In this document: piece by piece, positions 55,239-64,000 of the stretch | How positions within the stretch are numbered: the first letter of the stretch is position 1 | How the letters are laid out: each line of letters begins with the position of its first letter | Assembly (NCBI GenBank): GCA_964495695.1 | Contig: CAZBWR010000010.1 | Location: 4,000-67,999, forward strand | Source: an uncultured Chitinophagales bacterium | GTDB taxonomy: Bacteria > Bacteroidota > Ignavibacteria > UBA10030 > UBA6906 | Direction: 5' to 3' | DNA: 64,000 nucleotides | Position numbers and translations under genes: made by a program | The notes under the pieces: model-generated | The model's input: only the letters and a program-made list of their open reading frames with translations | Told to the model about the DNA's origin: nothing | Database searches by the model: none

Positions 55239-55861
55239 TATCCACCTGCAGATTGCTTCAAAGAAGCCCGCGGTTCCCTCAGCTCTTCGACGAATCGCTT
55301 GAGGTAAGCCGCCAGAGACACAACAAGCATCAGAACAGAGACGGCAATGCCTATGGAAACAGCTTCACTACCCGCATCGATCATTGCGAGCAGCATAGCC
55401 GCAGCCAGTGTGCCGATCGTCCACTTGCCCAGTTGATTGGATTGAAGGACAACACCCTTGATTCTTTTGATATACATGCCCCCAAGCAAGATCAGAACAT
55501 CCCTCAATAACATGATGACGATAAACCATAACGGTATCTTGCCAAGAGCCAGCAAGACAATGGCAACGACGGCAATTCCAATCTTGTCCGCGAGGGGGTC
55601 AAGGATCTTTCCCCATTCGGTGATCTGGTTATACTTGCGGGCGAGTACGCCGTCAAACTTGTCCGTAAGAACAGCTAGAACGAGAATTATGATTCCCCAG
55701 AACGTCGCGTCATCCCGCCCGGACAGCATCACAATGGCAAACGGCGCAGCGAGAAACGCCCGAGCTACGCTCAACATGTTTGAGATCGTGAAGAACCGAT
55801 TCGTCACGACTTCGTCTCCATCAGATCGGCTTGCAGAGATCTCAACGTGCGGCTCGTTCAC
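55238..55861 (-). CDS. CDP-alcohol phosphatidyltransferase family protein
   Basis: 'DKFDGVLARKYNQITEWGKILDPLADK' fits D-G-x2-A-R-x8-G-x3-D-x3-D. Confidence 0.8.
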   Translation of the reverse strand: MNEPHVEISASRSDGDEVVTNRFFTISNMLSVARAFLAAPFAIVMLSGRDDATFWGIIILVLAVLTDKFDGVLARKYNQITEWGKILDPLADKIGIAVVAIVLLALGKIPLWFIVIMLLRDVLILLGGMYIKRIKGVVLQSNQLGKWTIGTLAAAMLLAMIDAGSEAVSIGIAVSVLMLVVSLAAYLKRFVEELREPRASLKQSAGG

Positions 55862-57372
55862 GCTTCGTTTTCGTCCTTTGTTTGATTGGTGTCGATCTTC
55901 ACGGGATAGTTACCGCTGAAGCATGCCGTGCAATAATTTTCCCCTTGTTCTTTTGGAACAGATTCAAGCAAATCATCCAATTCAAGATACTCCAGACTGT
56001 CGACGCCCAATTCCTCTCCTATCTTTTTGACGTCACCCTCCAACTGGTTTGCAATCAGCTCTTTTTGCGTGGGAAAATCCATTCCGTAGTGACAGGGATA
56101 TTTTATGGGCGGTGACGTTACACGGAAATGAACTTCTTTAGGTCCCGCTTGTTTGACAAGCTGGACAAGTTGCTTCGAGGTTGTCCCCCTGACAATCGAA
56201 TCATCCACGATCACGATAACATTATCTTTCAGCACTCCCTTCACTGTATTAAACTTCGTCTTCACCTTATTCTCACGAATGTCCTGTTTCGGCTGAATGA
56301 ATGTCCTGCCAATATAGTGGCTTCGTATCAGACCAATCTCCAACTTGGCATTTCCTCCGAGCTTGTTCGTTTCCTGCACAAACCCCATTGTGGCCGTGTT
56401 GCTCGAGTCAGGGACATTGATGACGACGAGTTTTTCGTCCGCTGTCTTAGGAACGACAGGTTTTGTTTTGGCCAGGTTCTTGCCAAGTTTCCGTCTGACC
56501 TTGTCCACACTATGCCCGAATATCTGACTGTCCGGACGGGAGAAGTAAATGAACTCAAAGATGCAGTGATGGGGCGATGGCGCCCGTTCGTTGATACTCG
56601 ACGATTTGATAACGCCGCTCTTCTGCACTTCATCGTCAAACACTACAATCTCTCCCGGGTGCACATCACGCACATATTCGGCGTCTATGATGTCGAATGC
56701 CACGGTCTCTGAAGCGACAAAGTACGTATCCCCTTTTCTCCCGATTGCCAGCGGCCGGAACCCGGAATGATCACGTGCTGCTATCAACTTGTCATTTGCA
56801 AGGATCACCAGTGAAAACGCCCCTTCGATTTGCGACAAGGCCTCACGGATTTGTTCGATCTGAGTCGGTTTCTTGCTACGCGCAATCAGATGCAGAATGA
56901 CTTCAGTGTCTGATGTCGTCTGGAAAATTGTCCCGTCCTCTTGAAGGCGCTTTCTGATTGATTTGAAGTTTGTGAGATTGCCATTGTGCGCAACTGCAAG
57001 ATGACCGTTTTTGTAGATGACAGTCAGAGGTTGAATGTTCAGCTTATTGTCTGCTGCGCCGGCAGTCGAATACCGGTTATGCCCCACGGCAACCCTTCCC
57101 CGCAAGTCCTCTGTCAACAAGCGCTCGTCCCTGTAGATATCGTTGACAAGGCCAAAGTCTTTATGAACGTAAAACTTGTGGCGTTGCGTTCTTTCGTCGA
57201 GGTCGTATGTTACGATTCCTGATCCCTCTTGTCCTCTGTGTTGTTGCGCAAGGAGTCCGTAGTATGTGAATTGTGCGGCCGAGGGATGGCCGTAGACCCC
57301 GAACACTGCGCAATGACATTGGGGCTTATCGAGTTCATTCATGTTCATACCTTCTCCGTGCACATCCTTCAT
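55858..57372 (-). CDS. purF: Amidophosphoribosyltransferase (propeptide plus [4Fe-4S] type)
   Basis: Nucleophile Cys in 'CAVFGVYG', PRTase motif 'VIVDDSIVRGTT', and C-terminal 'CTACFSGNYP'. The start is set at ATG 57372 (AAGGAAG upstream, 13 nt after the nadB stop). Confidence 0.9.
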   Translation of the reverse strand: MKDVHGEGMNMNELDKPQCHCAVFGVYGHPSAAQFTYYGLLAQQHRGQEGSGIVTYDLDERTQRHKFYVHKDFGLVNDIYRDERLLTEDLRGRVAVGHNRYSTAGAADNKLNIQPLTVIYKNGHLAVAHNGNLTNFKSIRKRLQEDGTIFQTTSDTEVILHLIARSKKPTQIEQIREALSQIEGAFSLVILANDKLIAARDHSGFRPLAIGRKGDTYFVASETVAFDIIDAEYVRDVHPGEIVVFDDEVQKSGVIKSSSINERAPSPHHCIFEFIYFSRPDSQIFGHSVDKVRRKLGKNLAKTKPVVPKTADEKLVVINVPDSSNTATMGFVQETNKLGGNAKLEIGLIRSHYIGRTFIQPKQDIRENKVKTKFNTVKGVLKDNVIVIVDDSIVRGTTSKQLVQLVKQAGPKEVHFRVTSPPIKYPCHYGMDFPTQKELIANQLEGDVKKIGEELGVDSLEYLELDDLLESVPKEQGENYCTACFSGNYPVKIDTNQTKDENEA

Positions 57373-57385
57373 GCTTCTTCCTTTT

Positions 57386-58984
57386 TCATTCGATAATTGT
57401 ATCACGCATGAACTGTTCGTCATTGCGATCGGGGTAATCGGTCGTGTAGTGAAGACCTCTGCTTTCCTTCCTCTTGATGGCACTCCTGATAATGAGCGAG
57501 GCGCAGAGAGCAAGGTTCCGGAGTTCGATGAGAGGTTCGGTTACTTTCGTTCTCTTGTAGAAATTCTCCACCTCATTCGTAATCAACTCCAACCGCCGGA
57601 GTGCCCTCTCGAGCCTGAGGTTACTTCTGACAATGCCTACGTAATCCCACATGATTTGCTGAATTTCTTTCCTGTTGTGAGAGATCAGGACCCACTCCTC
57701 ACTATTGAATGTTCCTGAGTCGTCCCATTCCCGTACATCAGGAATCGATTGGGCCGAGCCAGTGCGGCATTCCAAGGCATGCCTCGCAGCTCTGTCCGAA
57801 AAAACGAGTCCCTCGAGGAGCGAGTTACTTGCGAGCCTGTTCGCCCCATGTACTCCGGTCATACTCACCTCACCTGACGCATAAAGTCCATGAATTGAAG
57901 TGCGGCCGCGTATGTCGGTTACCACACCCCCGCATGCATAGTGTGCGGCAGGAACAACCGGTATCGGTTCTTTGGTTATGTCCAGCTTGTATTTCTCAAA
58001 ACACGTTTTGTATATGTGCGGAAAGTGTTCCATTACGTCGGCGGCTGGCAAGTGACGAAGATCGAGCCAGACATAGTCATCTCCCCTTTTCTTCAACTCG
58101 TTATCGATCGCAAGCGCAACTATGTCACGGGGCGCAAGGGACTTGCGTTCATCATACTTATGCATGAACTCCTCGCCATCACGCGTCTTCAACACTCCGC
58201 CGTGACCACGCACCGCTTCCGAAATCAGAAAGCAGGGACTTCCCGAATTGTATAATGTAGTCGGATGAAACTGCACGAACTCCATGTTTGCAATCCTGGC
58301 CCCCGCCCTGTAGGCCATCGCAATGCCGTCTCCTGTAGCAATGGGAGGGTTCGTGGTATGGAGGTAGACCTGACCCAACCCGCCGGTTGCCAGTAACGTC
58401 ACGTTAGCCTGGAATATGTCAACACTCCCTCGGACCTGATCCAATGCGTATGCACCCCAGCAGTGGATATTGGAGCGGTCAATAACCCGTTTTTGCGAAA
58501 GATGATGCTCGGTAATGAGTTCGATGGCAATGTGGTTTTCGAAGACCTGTATATTCGGATGGGCGGTAACTTGCGCAACAAGCGCGCGTTCGATTTCCCT
58601 ACCGGTCAGATCATGTGAGTGAACGATGCGGTTCCGCGAATGCCCCCCCTCGCGTCCAAGATCCAACTCGCCATTCTTGTGGGTGAATTCGACTCCAATT
58701 TCAACCAGTTCGTTCAGACGAGCAGGTCCTTCTTCGACGAGGATCTCGACCGCATCCTCGTGACACAAGCCCGAGCCCGTCGAAATCGTATCCTTGATAT
58801 GAAGATCGAAAGAGTCAAGGCTGGACATTACAGCGGCGATTCCCCCTTGCGCGTAGTTCGTGTTCGATTCCGCACGTTCTTTTTTGGTGATGATCCCGAC
58901 CGTACCGGAACCTGCTACCTTGAGTGCATACGACAGTCCCGCAACGCCGCTTCCCGATACCAGAAAATCAAAATAGTGCTTCAT
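57386..58984 (-). CDS. nadB: L-aspartate oxidase
   Basis: FAD motif '[15 protein letters not shown]', plus 'AQGGIAA' and 'HYACGGV'. Size 532 aa. Confidence 0.9.
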   Translation of the reverse strand: MKHYFDFLVSGSGVAGLSYALKVAGSGTVGIITKKERAESNTNYAQGGIAAVMSSLDSFDLHIKDTISTGSGLCHEDAVEILVEEGPARLNELVEIGVEFTHKNGELDLGREGGHSRNRIVHSHDLTGREIERALVAQVTAHPNIQVFENHIAIELITEHHLSQKRVIDRSNIHCWGAYALDQVRGSVDIFQANVTLLATGGLGQVYLHTTNPPIATGDGIAMAYRAGARIANMEFVQFHPTTLYNSGSPCFLISEAVRGHGGVLKTRDGEEFMHKYDERKSLAPRDIVALAIDNELKKRGDDYVWLDLRHLPAADVMEHFPHIYKTCFEKYKLDITKEPIPVVPAAHYACGGVVTDIRGRTSIHGLYASGEVSMTGVHGANRLASNSLLEGLVFSDRAARHALECRTGSAQSIPDVREWDDSGTFNSEEWVLISHNRKEIQQIMWDYVGIVRSNLRLERALRRLELITNEVENFYKRTKVTEPLIELRNLALCASLIIRSAIKRKESRGLHYTTDYPDRNDEQFMRDTIIE

Positions 58985-59041
58985 GGAATCCGTACTGTGA
59001 AAAGAACACGCTGTACAACTTCACGGAATGACCCAATATAA

Positions 59042-59073
59042 GAAAAAAGGGCAACCGAAAAATGCGGTTGCCC
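59042..59073 (-). terminator. Rho-independent terminator after the OMP gene
   Basis: On the minus strand, a 9-bp stem GGGCAACCG-CATTTTT-CGGTTGCCC is followed by TTTTTTCTTATATT. Confidence 0.75.
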
Positions 59074-59094
59074 TTCCTGCATGTTATGCTTGCG

Positions 59095-60501
59095 CTACTC
59101 GAAATTGTAGCTGGCGTTCATGAAGCCGAATGAATTGATGTTGTCCTGCGCTCCAATGATGCCGAACCCGCGCCGCAAGGCCTCTTCGCTGACAGTTGCA
59201 TCGAGCGAGAAATTCCCGAACCGGAGGCCGATGCCCAATGTCACAAGTTGATCGCTCGAGACATTTCCGAAGAGTAGAAAGCTGCTTGGTGTGCTAAGCT
59301 TTGCCTCGAATGTACTTGCTACCGTTCCGGCAGTTGATTCCACCTTGAGCTTGTAATTGCCGAGCGCTCTGTAGTATCCTGCCCTGCCGGCAAGCCAATC
59401 CAGGAACCACCACTCGCCGCCGAGATTGAACACGGGAATGGCAGTGTTGGAAACAGTACCCGTAGCAGTCAAAGCCGGCGCCGTGCCGACGGCAGCCTGA
59501 GAGTATTCGAGTTTTCCGCTAGCGGAGAAGAAAGAAAGGCCCGTTGCCAGAAAAATGTCAGGAGTCTTATACTCTGTTCCGATACCAACTGCAAACGATG
59601 TGAGCGAAGCCTTGATGGCTCTTGTTGTCGCCGTTGTAGAAGTCGTCGGCTTTGCGTCTTCTTTAGGCTCTCCGGAAAGCGTGGCGAACGCGACATACGG
59701 CACGAGATTCACTCTGTTGGAGAGCTTGAACTTTCCGCGGCCTTGCACCTGCAATTCGTTTCCGCTGACGGAATATTCGCCGTCCGTGGGACTTGTTGGA
59801 ACGGGAGTTTGCGAGATTTTGTCTGTGGCCTTGTCAATCCGGTATGCGACGCCGAAATCCACCCAGTTCCCGCCTCCCAAGTCAATGATGCCGCCTGCTC
59901 TGACCCCGAACACGCGAGCCGATGCTTCGACAGCTGACGAGGTGTTACCTGAGGAAGCGCTCGAGTCCCGATGCGAGCTGCCGTACATAAACGCGAAGCC
60001 AAGATCAATGCCTGCACCGTCGTACGAAACTATTGCCTCCCACACATTTGCAACGGGGGGAATTGATTGAGGTGTACGTTGGGCTATCGACACCGAAGGT
60101 AAGCCTCCGATCCCCAATGACCCCGTACCCTGTATCAGGGTTCGCGCGGTATTGATGAACGATGGATCATAGCTGAGAATTGCCCCTATTGCCCATTCCC
60201 TGTTCAGAGCAAAGTTAATCCCTGCGTTTTGCAAACCGTAGCCGTTATCTGCTGTAGTAAGCCCCGCAAGAGTTCCCCCCCCAATGTTCGTCCAGAAATA
60301 GTCTTTGTAAAGTGTCTGGTAAGCCGGGTTCACAAGAAGTTGTGTTGGGTCCTCCCAGATAAAGGGATTCAACACAACACCTTGACCAGCGCTCGAACCA
60401 CCCATGGCAATCTGTCTAGCCAATCCCCCCCATTTGGCCTGACCGAAAGCACTTGCAGAGAAAACAACAAGGAAAAATACTGCTACACTTGACCGTCTCA
60501 T
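59095..60501 (-). CDS. Putative outer-membrane beta-barrel (porin-like) protein
   Basis: The start is set at ATG 60501 (GGAGG 4 nt upstream). Signal peptide 'MRRSSVAVFFLVVFSASAFGQA', alternating Gly/aromatic beta-strand pattern, and a C-terminal 'ASYNFE'. The first 109 codons of the track ORF are rejected. Confidence 0.6.
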   Translation of the reverse strand: MRRSSVAVFFLVVFSASAFGQAKWGGLARQIAMGGSSAGQGVVLNPFIWEDPTQLLVNPAYQTLYKDYFWTNIGGGTLAGLTTADNGYGLQNAGINFALNREWAIGAILSYDPSFINTARTLIQGTGSLGIGGLPSVSIAQRTPQSIPPVANVWEAIVSYDGAGIDLGFAFMYGSSHRDSSASSGNTSSAVEASARVFGVRAGGIIDLGGGNWVDFGVAYRIDKATDKISQTPVPTSPTDGEYSVSGNELQVQGRGKFKLSNRVNLVPYVAFATLSGEPKEDAKPTTSTTATTRAIKASLTSFAVGIGTEYKTPDIFLATGLSFFSASGKLEYSQAAVGTAPALTATGTVSNTAIPVFNLGGEWWFLDWLAGRAGYYRALGNYKLKVESTAGTVASTFEAKLSTPSSFLLFGNVSSDQLVTLGIGLRFGNFSLDATVSEEALRRGFGIIGAQDNINSFGFMNASYNFE

Positions 60502-60536
60502 GATGCCTCCGATAGGTTCTTGTTGAATGGATTTAC

Positions 60537-60623
60537 TTAACACGCCCAACATCCCATGGCTGTAACAGCCAGCAAGACAAACAAGACGATCGTGCTCAGG
60601 CGATATCGGATCGAGCTGTTCAT
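60537..60623 (-). CDS. Candidate 28-aa hydrophobic small protein (MNSSIRYRLSTIVLFVLLAVTAMGCWAC)
   Basis: ATG preceded by AGGAGG with a 5-nt spacer. It encodes one TM-like segment ending in 'GCWAC'. It is below the ORF-track length cutoff, and no homology is known to me. Confidence 0.35.
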   Translation of the reverse strand: MNSSIRYRLSTIVLFVLLAVTAMGCWAC

Positions 60624-60627
60624 TGTA

Positions 60628-60731
60628 CCCTCCTGTTATTGATGGTTGATTGTAAGATACGAGACAGGTAACACACGGGAAGAAAGACAATAATCTGGAA
60701 GCAGTCAAGAGAAGCGGACAAAACAGGAGGG
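60628..60731 (-). promoter_or_regulatory. 10-nt perfect inverted repeat able to sequester the sORF Shine-Dalgarno
   Basis: Minus-strand RNA carries CCCUCCUGUU (60731-60722, right after the coaE stop) and AACAGGAGGG (60637-60628, containing the sORF SD), 84 nt apart. Confidence 0.3.
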
Positions 60732-60733
60732 GT

Positions 60734-61381
60734 TCAGTTGCCTCCTTGAGCGACAAGAGAGAGAATCCGGTCAACAAACAGAACCCGGGCTCGCAACTCT
60801 TCTTCAGTACCATCGTTCTCAACAACATAATCCGCTAACCTAGTTTTTTCTTCCTGATCCATCTGCGAGCGTAGCCGTCTGAGCACATCATCGCGGCCGA
60901 TCCCATCCCTTTCCATAACACGACGGATGCGTGTGTCCTCCGCGGCGTGAACCACTACAACATTGTCGAGTCGCTCATCCATACCAGTCTCGTACACAAG
61001 CGCCGCTTCAATGACAACGTATGGAAGTTGTTGGTTTTCGGAAAGCTCTGCAATCTCCAGATCGATTGCTTGGAATACATGAGGATGGATAATGCTATCG
61101 AGTTTGGCCCGCTGGGAGGGATTAGAAAAGACAATTGCCGCGAGCTTCTTGCGATCAAGGGATCCATCAGCACGATAAACATCGTCGCCGAAATGAGACC
61201 TGATGCCGGATTGAATTGCAGGGAGCGTATCGGTAAGCCTGCGGGCGAGTTCGTCTGCTTGCAGCACGTGACGTCCGAGCGAGGCGAGTATTTTGCACAC
61301 GGTTGATTTGCCGCTTCCAATCCCGCCGGTAACACCCACCGTAAAAACCGACTTTGCCGAAGATTTACCTTTGGCGGACAC
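60734..61381 (-). CDS. coaE: Dephospho-CoA kinase
   Basis: P-loop 'VGVTGGIGSGKST' and a size of about 200 aa. Confidence 0.9.
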   Translation of the reverse strand: MSAKGKSSAKSVFTVGVTGGIGSGKSTVCKILASLGRHVLQADELARRLTDTLPAIQSGIRSHFGDDVYRADGSLDRKKLAAIVFSNPSQRAKLDSIIHPHVFQAIDLEIAELSENQQLPYVVIEAALVYETGMDERLDNVVVVHAAEDTRIRRVMERDGIGRDDVLRRLRSQMDQEEKTRLADYVVENDGTEEELRARVLFVDRILSLVAQGGN

Positions 61382-61406
61382 GTAAAATTCAGAATGTTGA
61401 AGAAGA

Positions 61407-62966
61407 CTATTTTGCGATCGCTACCGAGCGGAACTCCCTGATGACCGTCACTTTGATTTGCCCGGGATATTCCATCTCCTGCTGGATTTTCGAAGCGATG
61501 TCATGAGCAAGCTGGTCTGCCAAGGCATCATCAACACGAGTCGGCTCGACAACTACCCTGATTTCGCGCCCTGCCTGGATCGCATATGTCTTCTCGACCC
61601 CTTGGAACGAATTGGCAAAAGTCTCCAGCTTTTCCAGACGCTTCGCGTATCCTTCTACTGATTCACGACGGGCTCCCGGTCGCGCCCCGCTAATCGCATC
61701 CGCCGCCTGGACAAGGGGTGCGATAGGAGATTCCATTGGAATATCGTCATGATGAGAGCCAATGGCATTTGAAACAGAAGGATGTTCTCCGAACTTCTTT
61801 GCTACTTCATAGCCCACAAGGGCATGCGGCCCTTCCAGAGACTTGTCAACGCACTTTCCGATATCGTGCAACAATCCAGCCCTCTTCGCCAGAGCCGCGT
61901 CGAGCCCGAGCTCTGAAGCCATGATGCCCGTCAGAAATGCAACTTCGATGCTGTGTTGTAACATATTTTGGCCGTAGCTGGAGCGGTACTTCATCTTGCC
62001 GATAAGCTTCAGTATTTCTTTGTGACCGCCGTGCAAGCCCAGTTCCAGCAAGGCGTTCTCGCCGGTCTTCAGGATGTCATCTTCAAGCTCCTGCCTGACT
62101 TTCTCAACAACTTCTTCGATGCGTGCCGGATGGATTCTGCCATCAGCGATAAGCCGCTCAAGTGAGATCCGCGCAACCTCGCGTCTGAACGGATCGAAGC
62201 CGGACAGAATCACCGCTTCCGGCGTGTCATCGACGATCACATCAACACCGGTCGCTGCTTCAAATGCACGGATGTTTCGTCCTTCGCGTCCAATGATGCG
62301 ACCCTTCATTTCGTCACTTTGAATATTCAGAACGGATACTGTGGTTTCTACCGAATGATCCGCTGCGCTGCGCTGGATGGCCTGGATTATGATTTTCTGG
62401 GCTTCTTTCTTTGCCTCATCCTTCGCCTTGTCGCGTAGCTCTTTGGCAAGATGCGCGGTTTCCGTCCTCACTTCGTTCAACAAATTCTCCATCAGGATGC
62501 GCTTCGCCTCGTCTCGAGAAAGGCCCGACGCACGCTCAAGCCGGATATTCTCTTCTGCCAGCAGCTGGTCGAGCTCCTGGTGGCGGGTTCGGAGCAGCCG
62601 CTCCTTCTCCTCAAGTTGTCGTTTGAGCTGTTGCTGCTCCCTCTCCTTCTTGTTGATCAGCTCAACTTTCCGGTCGATGTTCTCTTCCCGGGCGTCCAAT
62701 GCCTTTTCAGCAGCCTGGAGTTTGCTCCGCTTGCTTTGAACGTCGGCGTCAAATTCCTTTTTCTTTGAATACCATTCGTCTTTTACCTCAAGCAACTTCT
62801 CGCGCTTGATGGTTTCGGCTTCTTTCTCAGCATCGGCGATAATCTTCCCCGCGCGATCCTGAGCCGACGTGATCTTGTTCTGCCCTGTCTTCTGGTTCAG
62901 GAACCATCCGATAAAAAAACTGGTGATACCACACCCGAGAAGTACGAGCATTATGTAGATATCCAT
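61407..62966 (-). CDS. rny: Ribonuclease Y
   Basis: N-terminal TM helix, coiled coil, KH domain ('[15 protein letters not shown]') and HD domain ('LLHDIGK'). GGAGG SD. Confidence 0.95.
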   Translation of the reverse strand: MDIYIMLVLLGCGITSFFIGWFLNQKTGQNKITSAQDRAGKIIADAEKEAETIKREKLLEVKDEWYSKKKEFDADVQSKRSKLQAAEKALDAREENIDRKVELINKKEREQQQLKRQLEEKERLLRTRHQELDQLLAEENIRLERASGLSRDEAKRILMENLLNEVRTETAHLAKELRDKAKDEAKKEAQKIIIQAIQRSAADHSVETTVSVLNIQSDEMKGRIIGREGRNIRAFEAATGVDVIVDDTPEAVILSGFDPFRREVARISLERLIADGRIHPARIEEVVEKVRQELEDDILKTGENALLELGLHGGHKEILKLIGKMKYRSSYGQNMLQHSIEVAFLTGIMASELGLDAALAKRAGLLHDIGKCVDKSLEGPHALVGYEVAKKFGEHPSVSNAIGSHHDDIPMESPIAPLVQAADAISGARPGARRESVEGYAKRLEKLETFANSFQGVEKTYAIQAGREIRVVVEPTRVDDALADQLAHDIASKIQQEMEYPGQIKVTVIREFRSVAIAK

Positions 62967-63046
62967 ACAGCCTCCGATTCAAGTAGAGAGTAGCGCAAAA
63001 AACAAAAAACCCGCACAGCAACCGTTCATAAAAGAGTCAAATTAGT

Positions 63047-63225
63047 AAAGAACCTCTTTCCAAACACAGTGGGTGCGCGCCTGAGCGCCTTTTACGTCCA
63101 CAGACTCGCTCATCCTCCCGGTATACACCGGAAGAAGGTCATCGCAAGACTGCCGCCGAAGCGGCTTGTGGCGTGTAATCAACGCTCATGAGTCAGGCTC
63201 CCAATATTATAAGTGTTGGTTCTTT
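63047..63225 (-). ncRNA. Candidate structured small RNA (6S/SsrS-like?) between zapA and rny
   Basis: About 179 nt. The 5' AAAGAACC-AACAC pairs with the 3' GUGUU...GGUUCUUU. Further long-range pairs are UGGG/CCCA, GCCUGA/UCAGGC and CCACA/UGUGG. Internal hairpins are GCCGC-UUCG-GCGGC and a 9-bp UUCUUCCGG/CCGGGAGGA stem. Size and the position downstream of zapA match the E. coli zapA-ssrS arrangement. The ends are approximate. Confidence 0.4.
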
Positions 63226-63272
63226 ATAATATGTTTGAGACGGCTGACGGTGCGGATTTTTTACATCCGACC

Positions 63273-63288
63273 TGACATCATGATGTCA
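63273..63288. promoter_or_regulatory. Perfect 16-bp palindrome TGACATCATGATGTCA
   Basis: Self-complementary over all 16 nt. It lies 41 nt past the zapA stop and about 48-63 nt upstream of the candidate RNA 5' end. Confidence 0.3.
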
Positions 63289-63328
63289 TTTTTAAGAAAC
63301 TAAGAACCCTTTCTCTGAATATCGGAAG

Positions 63329-63622
63329 TTATTGTTCATGTAAACAGGTGTCGAGGTAATTGTGCATCCTTGAAAGCTCATCTTCCAGGGCCCGGGCAAT
63401 TGCCCCGGACCGGTCTCGTTCCCTGAACAAGTCTTCCGTAATATTCAACGCAGACAGAACAGCTACGGTCAAAGTAGGTTGTTCGGGAATCTTCTTATGG
63501 ATAGTAGTAATCATTTCATCGACGTATGTTGCCACACGGCGGGTGAAATCCTCACTCTCGCCACGAAGAGGATATTCCGAACCGAATATTTTTACTCTGA
63601 TGCTCTTTCTATCTGCAGACAT
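63329..63622 (-). CDS. zapA: Cell division protein ZapA
   Basis: 97 aa with 'IRVKIFGSEYPLRGESEDFTRRVATYVDEMI...LTVAVLSALNITEDLF'. Confidence 0.8.
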   Translation of the reverse strand: MSADRKSIRVKIFGSEYPLRGESEDFTRRVATYVDEMITTIHKKIPEQPTLTVAVLSALNITEDLFRERDRSGAIARALEDELSRMHNYLDTCLHEQ

Positions 63623-63681
63623 GATGGACCTCGCTTTTAGAACAGATGTCTAACCGTCTTTTCCCCCACCACGCATCTTGC

Positions 63682-63975
63682 CTACAAGTATGCATCGATC
63701 CTTGCAAGCAATTCCTTGACCTTAGTTGTCAACTGCTCACGCTCCCCGTTGGACAACGCTGACGCAGCTTTGGCCTGCGATGCCGCCATCGTTTGCAGGC
63801 GCTGATCGCGTGCGGAAATCTCTGTCCGCAAGCGGCTGATTTCCTCCTCCAAACGCGCATTTCTCTCCTCCAACGAAGCCTTTTCCTCCCTTAGCCGGAC
63901 AATAGTTTCGCCGGCAAGTTTAATCTTCTCCCATAACTCTTTGATTGAAGATTCGATGACGCTAAGTTGATCCAC
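63682..63975 (-). CDS. Small coiled-coil protein (ZapB-like position upstream of zapA)
   Basis: 97 aa with heptad-rich 'LREEKASLEERNARLEEEISRLRTEISARDQRL'. Function is inferred only from composition and context. Confidence 0.45.
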   Translation of the reverse strand: MDQLSVIESSIKELWEKIKLAGETIVRLREEKASLEERNARLEEEISRLRTEISARDQRLQTMAASQAKAASALSNGEREQLTTKVKELLARIDAYL

Positions 63976-64000
63976 GCAAGAGCCCTTGGTTGTCTAACGA

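Noticed and set aside
60502-60828. First 109 codons of the 577-aa ORF-track entry 59095-60828, which would extend the OMP N-terminus into coaE.
   Set aside because: A textbook signal peptide begins at Met110 (ATG 60501), directly preceded by GGAGG. The upstream part has no SD, overlaps the coaE 3' end, and has a non-protein-like Cys/Leu-rich composition.
62985-63015. T-rich tract (minus strand GGGTTTTTTGTTTTTTG) considered as the terminator of the candidate RNA.
   Set aside because: I could not find a convincing GC hairpin immediately upstream of the U-run, so I did not annotate it as a terminator. It may be part of the rny promoter or 5' UTR.
1-64000. Searched by eye for CRISPR-like direct repeats, tRNA/rRNA signatures, transposase, integrase or phage genes, toxin-antitoxin pairs and known defence-system hallmarks.
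   Set aside because: None found. Intergenic space is minimal, and every large ORF has a housekeeping or envelope/respiration assignment. The only DNA-level tandem repeats are the in-frame TSP3 arrays.

Overview
This 64 kb window reads as core bacterial chromosome: about 58 protein-coding genes, one candidate small RNA, and no rRNA, tRNA, CRISPR array, transposase, integrase or phage gene that I can see. From ~9.0 kb to the right edge almost everything is on the minus strand; bshC is the only exception. All calls come from reading the ORF-track proteins and the DNA by eye, with no database search. Gene content (BshC, RNase Y, TSP3-repeat OmpA proteins, split cytochrome b, Shine-Dalgarno sites of the AAGGAG type, GC that looks roughly balanced) suggests a member of the FCB group, such as an Ignavibacteria/Chlorobi-like lineage, but that is a low-confidence guess.

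Left to right:
1. 1-5.7 kb (+): envelope cluster of a GT9 heptosyltransferase-like gene (5' end outside the window), a DUF2029/GT87-like membrane protein, a membrane metallophosphoesterase, a B12-binding radical SAM enzyme and a HemK-like methyltransferase.
2. 5.8-9.0 kb (+): nucleoside salvage cluster cdd-tdk-nupC-punA.
3. 9.0-21.6 kb (-): a 12.6 kb collinear respiratory gene string. It encodes Rieske, cytochrome b6-like, an enlarged subunit IV, an octahaem cytochrome c, a cupredoxin, CoxI, CoxIII, CoxIV, two small membrane proteins, CoxII, CtaA, CtaB and DUF420.
4. 21.9-26.0 kb: bshC (+) and two tandem TSP3-repeat outer-membrane paralogues (-).
5. 26.0-35.1 kb (-): the classical rimP-nusA-infB-rbfA-truB-ribF-rpsO-pnp string.
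6. 35.3-40.4 kb (-): thioesterase, ltaE, lnt, PAP2, DedA, ispF and acyP.
7. 40.4-48.5 kb (-): the alpha-2-macroglobulin / PBP1C pair.
8. 48.5-64 kb (-): EamA transporter, DUF362, an orphan acyl-CoA mutase large subunit, mutL, ftsY, a CDP-alcohol phosphatidyltransferase, purF, nadB, a beta-barrel OMP, coaE, rny, zapA and a coiled-coil protein.

The most unusual material:
- The respiratory super-operon. It has an octahaem cytochrome c in place of c1/f, an embedded blue-copper protein, a CoxII with a ~70 aa insertion inside the CuA domain, and a variant Qo motif.
- A ~180 nt structured RNA candidate, possibly 6S-like, directly downstream of zapA.
- Two essential genes (ispF, mutL) whose expected start position has only an ATC codon preceded by an SD-like element.
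- A 28-codon sORF whose strong SD is perfectly complementary to a 10-mer ~85 nt upstream.
- An acyl-CoA mutase carrying the isobutyryl-CoA mutase Phe/Gln signature rather than the methylmalonyl-CoA mutase Tyr/Arg signature.

I see no defence island or mobile element. If this window holds a genuinely undescribed system, the respiratory cluster is my best candidate, but I cannot establish novelty without database searches.
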